Shown here one piece after another: positions 46,652-56,338 of a stretch of DNA of 64,000 bases. Position numbers and translations under genes: made by a program. The stretch's first letter is position 1. Each line of letters opens with the position of its first letter. Source of the stretch: Patescibacteria group bacterium (GTDB lineage Bacteria; Patescibacteriota; Patescibacteriia; 2-01-FULL-39-33). The notes below the pieces were generated by a model. That model saw nothing but the letters and a program-made list of their open reading frames with translations, ran no database searches and was not told the DNA's origin. The DNA lies in contig JBAZKF010000001.1 in NCBI GenBank assembly GCA_041650895.1, positions 17,685-81,684 of the forward strand, read 5' to 3'.

Positions 46652-47398
46652 TTATGCAAGTGCTTGAGCTATAACTGTTTCCAATTTTTTTCTCAATTCA
46701 TTAAAATCAAAATTCTCATATTCCGCGGGTAGAATCGGCGGCAGGAATTCAAAAGTTATGATCCCCGGTCTGACCATTAAGCTGCCGCGCCTCCATGACT
46801 GATAGGCACCTCTGATTACGCAAGGAATGATAACGGGCTGGGCATTTTTTGCCAAATGAAAAGCGCCTTTTTTAAACTCTTGCAACCGGCCGGTTTTGCT
46901 TCTCTCGCCTTCCGGAAAGACCGCTAGTGATTCGCCGGCATTGATCGCCTTTTCTATTTTTTTCATAGAGGCGATTGCTTGTTTGCGATCTTTATTGTCT
47001 ACGGGAATAATGCCGTGGGCCTTCATCATCCAGCCCCAAATCGGCAATCGGAAGTATTTGGCGGCACCGACGCCGGTGATTCTTTCCGGCATGGCGTATG
47101 CCACCAAAAAGGCGTCCAGAAAAGATTGATGATTAATCAGATACAGATATGGTCCGTCGGCCGAGTTCGGTATTTGTCCCTTGAACTCCACTCGTTGGCC
47201 GAGAATTTTCAGGCAAAGCCAGCCACAGGGTCGAATCCAGAAGTGCCATAAGAATTCCCGTGGCAGAAACAGTAGCCAGACAATATAAAGGATACAGCAA
47301 ATGGCTGCAGAACAGCAGAAAATCGGAAGGAGAATTAACGACCTTAAGGCGACAAGAAGCCAAGCGATTAACTCGCCGATTTGTTTCAATAAGCGCAT
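46652..47398 (-). CDS. plsC: 1-acyl-sn-glycerol-3-phosphate acyltransferase
   Basis: NHQSFLD (HxxxxD) and FPEGERS acyltransferase motifs. Confidence 0.8.
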   Translation of the reverse strand: MRLLKQIGELIAWLLVALRSLILLPIFCCSAAICCILYIVWLLFLPREFLWHFWIRPCGWLCLKILGQRVEFKGQIPNSADGPYLYLINHQSFLDAFLVAYAMPERITGVGAAKYFRLPIWGWMMKAHGIIPVDNKDRKQAIASMKKIEKAINAGESLAVFPEGERSKTGRLQEFKKGAFHLAKNAQPVIIPCVIRGAYQSWRRGSLMVRPGIITFEFLPPILPAEYENFDFNELRKKLETVIAQALA

Positions 47399-47475
47399 TA
47401 GTCATCTCCTTTTGTTTTTATTTTTCAAAGGACTTGGTGTTGACGCAATATACCATAAATAATCCCGTTAGTCAA

Positions 47476-48570
47476 TCATTCTATAACACCTCCGCCGAGC
47501 AATTGATTATTGTCGTAAAAAACGATTGATTGTCCGGGGGTGGCGGCGCGAGGAGACTGGACGAATTCCGCCAGATAGCGCCGACCGATTTTTTTGACTC
47601 GGCATTTTTCCGGCCGGACATGATAGCGGATCTGCGCTTCGCAGGATAAGGGTAGCTGGATTTTTCCCGTCAGCCAGTTGGCGGACTTAAAAAATACCCG
47701 TCGATTATACAGTTTATCGCTATCGAATTTTTTTGACACTACTAACTTGTTTTTTTTGCGGTTAAAGCCGATGACATACCAAGGCCCGCCCGATAAGCCG
47801 ATGCCACTGCGTTGGCCCAGGGTATAAAGGGATAGTCCTTGATGCTTGCCGACAGCCTCGCCTTTTTCATTAATAATTTCTCCTTCTTTCAGTCCCAAAT
47901 ATTTTTTTAGGAATCTCGTGTGGCTTTGGCCGACAAAACAGATTTCTTGGCTATCGGGTTTGGCGTGCACGGCCAATTTGAATTTTTTGGCTAATCCCCT
48001 AACCTGGTCCTTGGTGTAACCGGCTAAGGGGAACAAGAGATGTTTTAATTGTTCTTGCTTTAGGTTGTATAAAAAATATGTTTGATCTTTGTTTTTATCT
48101 TTGGGGCGGTATAAATCAAATTGGCGTATGGCTCCTGTTTTTAGATTTTTAACTTGCGGTTTGAGCCGCACATAATGTCCCGTGGCGACATAATCCGCAT
48201 CAAAAACTGTCCGCGCATAATCCAGTAGTAATTTGAACTTGATGAACTTATTGCAAGCTACGCAGGGGTTGGGCGTCCGGCCGGCTTTGTATTCGGCCAA
48301 GAATTCGTCAACAATTATTTTTTTGAACTCTTTGCCGAAGTTGACTTTATGGATCGGGATATCCAGTAGGTGCGCCACCTCTTTGGCCTCATTCCAGGCC
48401 GCCAAACTGCAACAGCGATTCTCGCCATACTTCTCTCCGCTGGGAAACCAAAATTGCATAAAAACGCCCATGACATTATAGCCTTGGTTTTTTAATAGTG
48501 CCGCAACTACCGAGGAATCCACTCCGCCGGACATGGCCACTACGACTTTTTTGTCTTGATTTTTTTTCAT
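47476..48570 (-). CDS. mnmA: tRNA 2-thiouridine(34) synthase MnmA
   Basis: PP-loop VVVAMSGGVDSSV, catalytic Cys, C-terminal barrel. Confidence 0.9.
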   Translation of the reverse strand: MKKNQDKKVVVAMSGGVDSSVVAALLKNQGYNVMGVFMQFWFPSGEKYGENRCCSLAAWNEAKEVAHLLDIPIHKVNFGKEFKKIIVDEFLAEYKAGRTPNPCVACNKFIKFKLLLDYARTVFDADYVATGHYVRLKPQVKNLKTGAIRQFDLYRPKDKNKDQTYFLYNLKQEQLKHLLFPLAGYTKDQVRGLAKKFKLAVHAKPDSQEICFVGQSHTRFLKKYLGLKEGEIINEKGEAVGKHQGLSLYTLGQRSGIGLSGGPWYVIGFNRKKNKLVVSKKFDSDKLYNRRVFFKSANWLTGKIQLPLSCEAQIRYHVRPEKCRVKKIGRRYLAEFVQSPRAATPGQSIVFYDNNQLLGGGVIE

Positions 48571-48680
48571 ACTTCAATCATAGCCGATATTTTTCAGAAA
48601 AACAAACAAGGGAGGGAAGATTATTTTTATAGACCCGATGTTTACTGAGATTGTTATCAGACTGCTTAAAAATTATCAAT

Positions 48681-48706
48681 AAAAAATGCCGGAATGGATT
48701 TCCGGC
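48681..48706 (-). terminator. intrinsic terminator
   Basis: GCCGGAA-TGGAT-TTCCGGC perfect hairpin; T6 on the minus strand. Confidence 0.5.
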
Positions 48707-48748
48707 GTGGTGCTTGAATGGTCAGATTTTAAAAGCGTAATTTTTTAC

Positions 48749-49480
48749 CTAACAGCCTTTGCTTTTCGGCTGGTTGAATTTAGCAAAGCTGGACAGTAAA
48801 ATTCGTTCAAAATATCCCTTGCAGAAATTGTACAAGTTTTCATATAACCTGACCACGAATTCTCGCAGGATCGTATGTGGCATTGATAGCGGCCACCAAA
48901 CCCACCAGAAGAGCAGCTTCTCCTTGTATTTTTCGAGACTGGGTTTGTTATCGACGCTATATGTATCGCAAGAGTTATCCCATTCTCGCAATAGATCATC
49001 GGGGATTTGGGCTCCCTTAATATTTTTATGGTTAAGGAACCATTCAAGGTGCTTGCCATATTTTTCCGCCAAAGAAATACTCAGCAACTTTAATTTGATG
49101 CTTGCATAAACCAGGCCGATCACGATGTAGCCGACAATAATGCCGACGATAACCCAGGGATTGGCGTAGGCGTATTTAAATAGCATCATAAAGGGATTAA
49201 AGGCGCCAACAAGCCACATAATAACCAGGCCGACCGCAATCAAAATTATGGGCGTTCGCCATTCGTCATCAGTGCAGTAGCATATAAGGATAACCAGCCA
49301 GACGGAACAATAAATCCAGAAGCCCAGTCCGCCGAATACGAAAAGATTGAATATGGTCCAACTGCTCAACCCCGCGAAGAACGATGAAGCTGGGACACTA
49401 TCGGCCTGACTGACCACGCAACCAGACATAGCTATTGCACCCAGTGAGAATAACAGAGTCAACAACAACGCCTTTTTCAT
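48749..49480 (-). CDS. hypothetical membrane protein
   Basis: 243 aa, N-terminal signal/TM and 3-4 TM helices. Confidence 0.5.
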   Translation of the reverse strand: MKKALLLTLLFSLGAIAMSGCVVSQADSVPASSFFAGLSSWTIFNLFVFGGLGFWIYCSVWLVILICYCTDDEWRTPIILIAVGLVIMWLVGAFNPFMMLFKYAYANPWVIVGIIVGYIVIGLVYASIKLKLLSISLAEKYGKHLEWFLNHKNIKGAQIPDDLLREWDNSCDTYSVDNKPSLEKYKEKLLFWWVWWPLSMPHTILREFVVRLYENLYNFCKGYFERILLSSFAKFNQPKSKGC

Positions 49481-49751
49481 TTGTCCGTCTCCCTTGCCTT
49501 GTTTGTTCCTTTATTTTTTTATCAAACAAATTGATTATTAAAGAGCGTCGATCGTCATTAATTAATTGTCTAGCGCATCCCTTCCTCCTTTGGTTGTCTC
49601 AACTTTATCTGGAATGATAATTAAGCTTAGCAAAGATGTCGCATATTGTCAATATATAGCGAATAACTGACAGTATTCCAACAAAAGTCGGCAATTTTAA
49701 AGATTTTATTTAAAAAACAATGATTTTTGGTATTTGGGATATTTGGATTTT

Positions 49752-50984
49752 TTAGGCGGCGTTGTCGCCGGCGACATAGCCGGTGGTCCAGCAGATTTGT
49801 AAATTGAAACCGCCCGTCGGTCCGTCTAAATCCAAGATTTCTCCGGCTAAATATAAGTTAGCAATGATTTTTGAACGCATGGTTTTAGGGTCGATTTCAT
49901 TGATTTTGACTCCGCCCTTGGTGATTATGGCTCTGTCATACCCTTCTAATCTATTAATGGCGGCCTTAAGTCCCTTGAATGATGAAACCAATGATTTTCT
50001 TTCTGCGCGAGTAACAACGTTGGCTTGCTTGTCAGGATCGATTCCGGCTGACTTTAAGGCAACATCAATCAGTTTGGTTGGCGCCAAAACGGTTAGAGAA
50101 TTTTTTATGGTTTTATTTTTTTGTGCTTGCCATAATTCCCTAAGATTAGTATCAATTTGGCTCTCGGTTTTCGATGGAAAAAAGTCCACAATGATGGCGG
50201 TGTCGGAGCTTAGCCTGTCAGTAATCAGTCGGCTTAGGTTAATCGCGGCCGGACCGCTGATGCCGTTAGCGGTAAAGATGATATCGCCGTTTTCTTGAGC
50301 TATTAAGCGGTTGTTTTGTTTGACTGTTAACTTGATTTTTTTAAAGCTTACGCCCTCTAATGATTTATTGGTCCTTTCTTGCAAGACGATCGGAGTTAAG
50401 GCTGGCCGCGGCTCAATGATTGTGTGTCCTAATTTTTGCAACCAAGCATAGGCTTCGCCGGTTGAGCCGGTCAAGGGGTAAGATTTGCCCCCGGTTGCCA
50501 ACAGATAGTTTTTAGCTGTTATTTCTTCGCCCTTGGCTAAAATAATTTTTTGGATTTTATTATTTTGAGCAACGATTTTTTTTACGGCTGAGTCGGTTTT
50601 TATTTTTATCTGATATTTTTTTAAGTCAGCAAGCAGGGCTTTTAGGATGTCTCGCGCCTGATCGCTTTGAGGCAGGACCCGATTATTGTCCTCTACTTTC
50701 GTTTTGACTCCCCTGGCGGCAAAAAAAGCGATTGCATCTGCGGCGTCAAATTGGCTGAAGCCGGATAGTAAAAATTTGCCATTATTGCCGTAGCAATCAG
50801 CCAGTATTCTATGGTTGTCAATTTTATTGGTTAGGTTGCAACGGCCATTGCCGCTAAGCAGCAATTTTATTCCCGGTTGGCGGTTTTTTTCAATTATAAT
50901 CACTTTAGCGCCGAGTTCCCCGGCGCGATTGGCGGCCATTAGTCCGGCTGGTCCGGCACCGATTATCGCTAAATCATAAATCAT
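49752..50984 (-). CDS. HI0933-like FAD-dependent oxidoreductase
   Basis: MIYDLAIIGAGPAGLMAA Rossmann FAD motif, GNGRCNLTN, C-terminal GGFNLQ motif. Confidence 0.8.
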   Translation of the reverse strand: MIYDLAIIGAGPAGLMAANRAGELGAKVIIIEKNRQPGIKLLLSGNGRCNLTNKIDNHRILADCYGNNGKFLLSGFSQFDAADAIAFFAARGVKTKVEDNNRVLPQSDQARDILKALLADLKKYQIKIKTDSAVKKIVAQNNKIQKIILAKGEEITAKNYLLATGGKSYPLTGSTGEAYAWLQKLGHTIIEPRPALTPIVLQERTNKSLEGVSFKKIKLTVKQNNRLIAQENGDIIFTANGISGPAAINLSRLITDRLSSDTAIIVDFFPSKTESQIDTNLRELWQAQKNKTIKNSLTVLAPTKLIDVALKSAGIDPDKQANVVTRAERKSLVSSFKGLKAAINRLEGYDRAIITKGGVKINEIDPKTMRSKIIANLYLAGEILDLDGPTGGFNLQICWTTGYVAGDNAA

Positions 50985-51059
50985 ATTGATAATTATATCA
51001 TGGTTTATGTTATTTATATATTGTTTATTTAATAGTGAAATAAAAACCACTGAAATTAA

Positions 51060-51452
51060 TCAGCGGTGTTTAATTAGTAGCTTAGGAATAAACAATTGGC
51101 AAGCTTCTGCTAGAAGCCGGCGATGGCAATGTTCGCATGTTTCTTCAATACACAGCAAAGTCACGTCATTTTTTATCGCCAAACAAGCCAAGTAATTTAT
51201 TAATGAACATTTTGGTTCTTGTTTGATCTCGTTAAGATATCTTGTTTCAAACTCCGCCCAAGAAATGCCTCTCTTGCAGTAATCACCGATGAGTTTAGGC
51301 GACGGACCCAGAATAGGCATATGAATATCAAATTTTTGTATCCGCGCATCAGGAGTGATGCCGTCTGAAAGTGTATGCCGGCTCATAATTGATATCCGTA
51401 TTCCGTCTTGGGGCTCAGGACTTTCCAGAATGCATTTGGTGAATAAAGCCAT
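51060..51452 (-). CDS. DUF488-family protein
   Basis: 131 aa from an ATG with AAGAAAGGA Shine-Dalgarno; C-terminal CEHCHRRLL typical of DUF488. Confidence 0.55.
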   Translation of the reverse strand: MALFTKCILESPEPQDGIRISIMSRHTLSDGITPDARIQKFDIHMPILGPSPKLIGDYCKRGISWAEFETRYLNEIKQEPKCSLINYLACLAIKNDVTLLCIEETCEHCHRRLLAEACQLFIPKLLIKHR

Positions 51453-51552
51453 TATGGATTCCTTTCTTAGGTACGAACGAACTATATGAAGTGTTAGCTT
51501 ACAATTTTTAATTGTTTCCGTCAATACTAATACTTATTTGCTTAGAATATCC

Positions 51553-52209
51553 CTATTTAACTCCTTTCCATTCATTGAAAAATTCCTGCAAAAATTGTTC
51601 CATATATTTGTGCCTTTTAGCGGCCATTTTCTTGCCCGTAACCGTGTTCATATTATCTTTTAGTTTCAATAATTTGCTATAGAAATGATGAATGGTGGAT
51701 ATATCCTCTTTATTTTCATCAAAGTATTTGCGTTTAAACGATTTTTCCGGAACCCACATATTTAAAGATTGAGCGCCTCCGTATGCAAATGTCCGACCAA
51801 TTCCAATAGCTCCCATAGCATCTAAGTTATCGGCATCCTGAATAATCAAGGTTTCAATGTCCGAGACGGTTTTGCCTCTTTTAGAAAAATTATATTCCTC
51901 GTGGTATTCAATACAATGCAGTATTTTATTTTTTTGTTCAGAAGTCAATTTTGTCTCATTAATAATTTTATTGATTTTTGGCAATGAATTTTTTGGCGAG
52001 CAAAAATTGCCAGTCTCGTTTCCTATGATTCTGTGGATGTCGTGCAAAAACGCTCCAACGGCAATAACTGTCCTATCCCCCCCTTCCTTCTTTTGCAAAT
52101 AATTAGCGATGTTCAGAACCCTTTTCAAATGGTAAATATCGTGCCCACTACTTTCATTAGAAAATAATGATTTTATTTTTTTTTCAATTTTACTAATAAT
52201 CATTTCCAT
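51553..52209 (-). CDS. HD-domain phosphohydrolase
   Basis: H..HDIYHLKR ... HDIHR HD motifs. Confidence 0.75.
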   Translation of the reverse strand: MEMIISKIEKKIKSLFSNESSGHDIYHLKRVLNIANYLQKKEGGDRTVIAVGAFLHDIHRIIGNETGNFCSPKNSLPKINKIINETKLTSEQKNKILHCIEYHEEYNFSKRGKTVSDIETLIIQDADNLDAMGAIGIGRTFAYGGAQSLNMWVPEKSFKRKYFDENKEDISTIHHFYSKLLKLKDNMNTVTGKKMAAKRHKYMEQFLQEFFNEWKGVK

Positions 52210-52266
52210 AAGTATTTTTTATTCATAACATAATGTTACCAAAACATCATAAAAAAATCCAATGTT

Positions 52267-52315
52267 CACATCTCGGTATCAAAAATATCCCTAAGGGGGT
52301 GTTTTGTCGCATCTG
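52267..52315 (-). promoter_or_regulatory. conserved ~50-nt upstream element, copy 1 (terminator hairpin plus promoter region), upstream of the HD gene
   Basis: about 85% identical to 56112-56164; minus-strand sense CAGATGCGACAAAA-hairpin-TATTTTTGATACCGAGATGTGAAC. Confidence 0.5.
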
Positions 52316-52326
52316 CGGGACAGGGA
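52313..52326. repeat. 14-nt direct repeat of the tRNA-Gln(CUG) 3' end (putative distal att site of the island)
   Basis: CTGCGGGACAGGGA identical to 61635-61648. Confidence 0.55.
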
Positions 52327-52489
52327 TTTACGCGCTCGGTTGTCGCCAAAAAGCGACAACCCCACTTGTCCTGAGTAGCCGTCAATCGCTCCCAGGGTCG
52401 CGATTGCCGTCGCTCAATTATCCGTCTCGGCTTCTGCCTCGACTTATATCTCGCTCGCTACCTGTTCGAATCACTCACATAGACAAATA

Positions 52490-52520
52490 AAAATACAGCT
52501 AATTAAGCTGTATTTTTATT
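52490..52520. terminator. bidirectional intrinsic terminator
   Basis: ATACAGC-TAATTAA-GCTGTAT perfect hairpin flanked by an A-run and a T-run. Confidence 0.55.
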
Positions 52521-52629
52521 TGCTGACTGACTCGGTCTAGAACCGATCCATATCAAGTATTATAAGGGTTTTCGGAATTATTTTCAGAGGCAATTTTAGG
52601 CGTCTCGGTCGGGTATAAATATGTTATGA

Positions 52630-52781
52630 AATGCGACAAATGCGACAGTACTTTGATACTATTTTAAATATAGAATTTTGGACAAAAAAATGAGACAAAT
52701 GAGACACTAAAACAGGATTTTCAAAAAGAAACACAAAAGTGTAATTTGTGTCTAATTTTAGATTAAAATTTGATGAGACAG
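52630..52781. repeat. iteron-like short direct repeats in a non-coding AT-rich stretch
   Basis: AATGCGACA x2 (tandem), AATGAGACA x2 (tandem) plus a third TGATGAGACAG; hairpin ACACAAA...TTTGTGT. Confidence 0.5.
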
Positions 52782-52871
52782 TAAAAAATTGACTGCCTCA
52801 TTTTCAATAAATAAAAACCGCCACCCAAGGATAAACCCTGAGTGGCGTGATGTGTGCAATTGCCGCGTTGC

Positions 52872-53243
52872 TTAGCGACTGATTGGCAGGAATCCCAGCG
52901 ATCCCCAATGATCGCGTTCGAGGGAGCGATCAAACGTCAATCCGTCGGAGCCGAAGTGGCCAATAGAAACGCGATCGTAGTTTCCGCCATAAGAGACTGT
53001 CGGCGTTGCAGGCGGAATCAAATCGGGTTGATTGAAATGAGCGCTGAGCAGCTCGTCGAGCGTGGCCAGCCGATAACCCCACCACTTGGAAAGGATGGAG
53101 ATTCGTCTGAAATTCGCGCCGCGCGCCGCTTGGAAGAAGGCCAATTCGCCTGCACCTTGCGGGCGGTAAGCCTTTTGCCGCAGCACTTTGCCGCGCAAAT
53201 AGGCCACGATAACCCACAAATAATCCAGAATAGTCTGTTTCAT
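52872..53243 (-). CDS. hypothetical protein
   Basis: 123 aa; AGGAGAG Shine-Dalgarno 7 nt before the ATG; lies in a locally GC-rich patch with overlapping alternative ORFs. Confidence 0.5.
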   Translation of the reverse strand: MKQTILDYLWVIVAYLRGKVLRQKAYRPQGAGELAFFQAARGANFRRISILSKWWGYRLATLDELLSAHFNQPDLIPPATPTVSYGGNYDRVSIGHFGSDGLTFDRSLERDHWGSLGFLPISR

Positions 53244-53257
53244 GTCGTATCTCTCCT

Positions 53258-53779
53258 TTATTGGATTTCGTTGATGGCTTTAGTGAGCGAATCGCTGTCT
53301 TTTGCGTAGCTGACGCGTTGCGCCGTTTCAAAAAGTTTGAATATACCATCACAGAAGTTTCCGCGATGAGTATTCTGATAGAGGGCAATCATCTTTTGGA
53401 TAACGATCATGAGCGCCCGCGCCTTCTTGGAATCTTTCGATTCATCCAAGATATGGTCAGTTCTGAGCTCTTCCTCGAATCTCATCTCGCCCTTGCGAGT
53501 ATCGGAGAGATAGTATATGGATACTCTGACGTTTTCATTCTTGTAATCCTTCGGTTCGACGACGATTCCCTCGATTTCCCAAATCGTTGCGGTCGGATGC
53601 CGCCTTCTGGCGGAAACAATCTTGACGGTAATATCATACGCGTCATGGGTGTGGATATAGTCGGGCGTATGAAATTCTACTGTCCGCTCACCCAGCTCAG
53701 TATCGAAAAGGGCAAGCATGAGATCGAGTTTTGATGGACCGCCGTCCACCAGGTGTGTTTCTTCTTTTCTTTGTGTCAT
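53258..53779 (-). CDS. hypothetical protein
   Basis: 173 aa; AAGGAG Shine-Dalgarno before the ATG. Confidence 0.5.
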   Translation of the reverse strand: MTQRKEETHLVDGGPSKLDLMLALFDTELGERTVEFHTPDYIHTHDAYDITVKIVSARRRHPTATIWEIEGIVVEPKDYKNENVRVSIYYLSDTRKGEMRFEEELRTDHILDESKDSKKARALMIVIQKMIALYQNTHRGNFCDGIFKLFETAQRVSYAKDSDSLTKAINEIQ

Positions 53780-54036
53780 ACGACACTCCTTTCAATGTGC
53801 TGCTGCGCATTAGCCGAGGAACGCGCACAACCTCCTTATTCCCCGCCATTCAAGCAAGGAAACGACTTAGCCATACAGCTAAGAATTACTATATATTAGC
53901 ATATAGACATTATTTTGTCAAGTATTTTATCCACAATTAATCGAAATATTATGTATATTTACCTAAAATTAAACAAAAAAATGCCAGTAATTATTGGCAT
54001 TTTTATCGCAAATATTAATAATTCTATCTTTTCTTA

Positions 54037-54342
54037 CTATTTCTGCTTTTCCTGGTATTCTAACACTTTTTCCATCGGAGAAAGGCCGCCCAAAGCCATA
54101 TGAGGGAAGTAATTCCAAGCGTCAGTTATTGTTTCTAAAATATTACTTAATTCCGAGACATCACCGCCCCGGTCGAACCTAGCAATAATCGTCGACATAT
54201 CATCATTATCTTCTTCTTGATAAATGGCATCAAGAATATCTTCCAGTGCAAAGTCGCTCTCGGTTTCTGCAAGCAAATCAATAATGTCTTGTTGGATTGC
54301 TTCGCCTTCAGATAGGATTTGTTGTTGGGAAAGGGGTTGCAT
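54037..54342 (-). CDS. hypothetical acidic protein
   Basis: 101 aa, D/E-rich. Confidence 0.4.
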   Translation of the reverse strand: MQPLSQQQILSEGEAIQQDIIDLLAETESDFALEDILDAIYQEEDNDDMSTIIARFDRGGDVSELSNILETITDAWNYFPHMALGGLSPMEKVLEYQEKQK

Positions 54343-54603
54343 AATGATTTATTATAAAATATATACCACTTGAAAATGAAAAAGATTTTACGCCTGAAGA
54401 TTTTGCTTGGTATAATATGACAATAATAATTGCTGATAATAAAAAACATGACATCTCAAATGATGAGTTGAAGAACAGAGTCAAAGATTTCCTTTTATTT
54501 GCAATAAGATAATATTGAATACTAAAAATACCACGGCAAAACCGTGGTATTTTTGAAGCTAAATAATTGAGGGGACTCAGTCATTTGAATTAGCGTGTAT
54601 TGG

Positions 54604-54750
54604 CTGGAGGTTTTTAATAAAATCCGAACCGAATTTCAGAAAAGCTTGCCCTGAGCGAAGTCGAATGGGTCATAATCGGTCGGGCGGAACCTGCCTGCCG
54701 GCAAACAGGCGAAACATTTGGACGACTGAGGCGGAATTGCAATTTCCAAT
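54604..54750 (+). repeat. ~150-bp island repeat element R1
   Basis: about 90 nt near-identical to R2 (AAATCCGAACCGAATTTCAGAAAAGCTTGCCCTGAGCGAAGTCGAATGGGTCATAA...), shared 3' end GAAACATYTGGACGRCTGAGGCGRAATTGCAATTTCCAAT containing palindrome GAAATTGCAATTTC. Confidence 0.75.
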
Positions 54751-54775
54751 CTTTTAGTGATATTAATAATAGAAT

Positions 54776-55525
54776 CTAGAAATGTTCATTCGGTTTTTCT
54801 CTCAATTCATTCTTAATCCCATATTCGGGATGCTTCTTTATCCAGTCTGAAATGTCAGTCCATTTAAGGCCATGAAAACCAAATTGACCATTCCATTTGG
54901 CACCGTATTCTTTATTTTTTTCAAAACTGAATTTGTGCGCTAATTTAACTGGAGCGAATTTTATGCCTAAGTTTTCTAAATATTTACGTTTAATGACAGA
55001 AATAATCCAATCTTCATTTTCCGCATATTTGTGGCTTGGTGAATCTTCAATATTAATACTTGGATCATTTTGCAATATTTCTAGCAGTTTCTTGCTTCGC
55101 AGACTAAAACCGCCATTGCCAACAACCAACTTATCTTTTACCCATAATGGTGCACCAATATAATCGTATTTCAAATATTCATCATCCCAAGCAGTGGAAT
55201 TCAAAATAAAACCGTCATATTGAATAATCAAAACAAAATCAGTCTTTATATAATTATTCAACTCCTTGAGAATGAATTGCGAGTATTTTTTAATCGATTC
55301 TACGGGGTTGATTTTGATGACATTTTTATTATCGGAAGAAATTGATGATAATAATTTAATATCGGCAAATTCAAAATCTTTGCAACAAATTTCTGCGGCT
55401 TTTATAAGTCGATCAATATCAACACAGTCAAGACCAAACAGTGTTACATTTTTTAGTTTTTTCATTTCTATGGATTGATAAAATGTTTTTGAGTTCTGAA
55501 AATTGTAATTAGCTAACACTGACAC
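54776..55525 (-). CDS. hypothetical protein (GTG start at 55525; alternative ATG at 55465 giving MKKLKNVTLFGLDC...)
   Basis: 249-aa ORF in cassette between R1 and R2. Confidence 0.5.
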   Translation of the reverse strand: MSVLANYNFQNSKTFYQSIEMKKLKNVTLFGLDCVDIDRLIKAAEICCKDFEFADIKLLSSISSDNKNVIKINPVESIKKYSQFILKELNNYIKTDFVLIIQYDGFILNSTAWDDEYLKYDYIGAPLWVKDKLVVGNGGFSLRSKKLLEILQNDPSINIEDSPSHKYAENEDWIISVIKRKYLENLGIKFAPVKLAHKFSFEKNKEYGAKWNGQFGFHGLKWTDISDWIKKHPEYGIKNELREKPNEHF

Positions 55526-55588
55526 GGTCTCATAATAGTTATCTAAAAAATTATTGCCCCATCACGCCACTCACTATAGCTTTTGTAA

Positions 55589-56065
55589 TCATTTTTTAAT
55601 TGAATGCTTATCGGAAAATTTAGGGTTTGCAATGAATTCAGAAGTATCCGTATTGATAAATCCGATGATGTTTTCTGGAGAAATAACATTACTATCTTCC
55701 GTTTTAGAAAAAATATGTTCACTTGATGCCTTGATTGATCTTTCACGTGCTGAATATCCTCCAAAATCAGAAGAGTCGAATCCTTTGGGTACTGCAATTA
55801 GAATAATAATTGTTCTGCCACCATAATCCCAACCATCTAACTTGTGTAGCAAAGAATCTTGATTTTCTGGAATTCTACAGGCGATATCATGTATGGCGTT
55901 CCATTTGGTTCGAAGTCCTTTTTCAAGAATACTATCAGCTATTTCTCGATTTGAAACTCCATGACCCCAAATATCAACTGATTGTTGATATGTTTCCAAT
56001 GTTTTTAACAAATGGGTGTGTCGACTTTCAGAAGATTTTTTTTCAAACTTGTTCATAAATCTCAA
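55589..56065 (-). CDS. hypothetical protein
   Basis: 158-aa ORF preceded by upstream-element copy 2. Confidence 0.5.
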   Translation of the reverse strand: MRFMNKFEKKSSESRHTHLLKTLETYQQSVDIWGHGVSNREIADSILEKGLRTKWNAIHDIACRIPENQDSLLHKLDGWDYGGRTIIILIAVPKGFDSSDFGGYSARERSIKASSEHIFSKTEDSNVISPENIIGFINTDTSEFIANPKFSDKHSIKK

Positions 56066-56111
56066 GTTTATTTTACTATCTTGTTGTTAAAATATCAAAC
56101 AGTTCTAACGT

Positions 56112-56164
56112 CCACATTTCGGTATACAAAAATACCCCTAAAATAGGGGCATTTTGTCGCATCT
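56112..56164 (-). promoter_or_regulatory. conserved upstream element copy 2
   Basis: CACATTTCGGTATACAAAAATACCCCTAAAATAGGGGCATTTTGTCGCATCTG; hairpin CCCCTAAAATAGGGG. Confidence 0.5.
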
Positions 56165-56318
56165 GGAGGTCTTTAATCAAATCCGAACCGAATTTCAGAA
56201 AAGCTTGCCCTGAGCGAAGTCGAATGGGTCATAACCGGTCGGGCGGAATTCCCCCCCAAACCCCTCCTTCCGCCCGACCGAAACATCTGGACGGCTGAGG
56301 CGAAATTGCAATTTCCAA
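56162..56318 (+). repeat. ~150-bp island repeat element R2
   Basis: contains a perfect 12-bp hairpin GGTCGGGCGGAA-(TTCCCCCCCAAACCCCTCC loop region)-TTCCGCCCGACC. Confidence 0.75.
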
Positions 56319-56338
56319 TTTTTCTTTGGCGGCATTAA

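Noticed and set aside
52339-52470. Possible tRNA or tRNA fragment just inside the island border (GTTCGAATC T-loop-like motif at about 52464)
   Set aside because: Flanking bases cannot form T-stem or acceptor pairings; no cloverleaf could be drawn.
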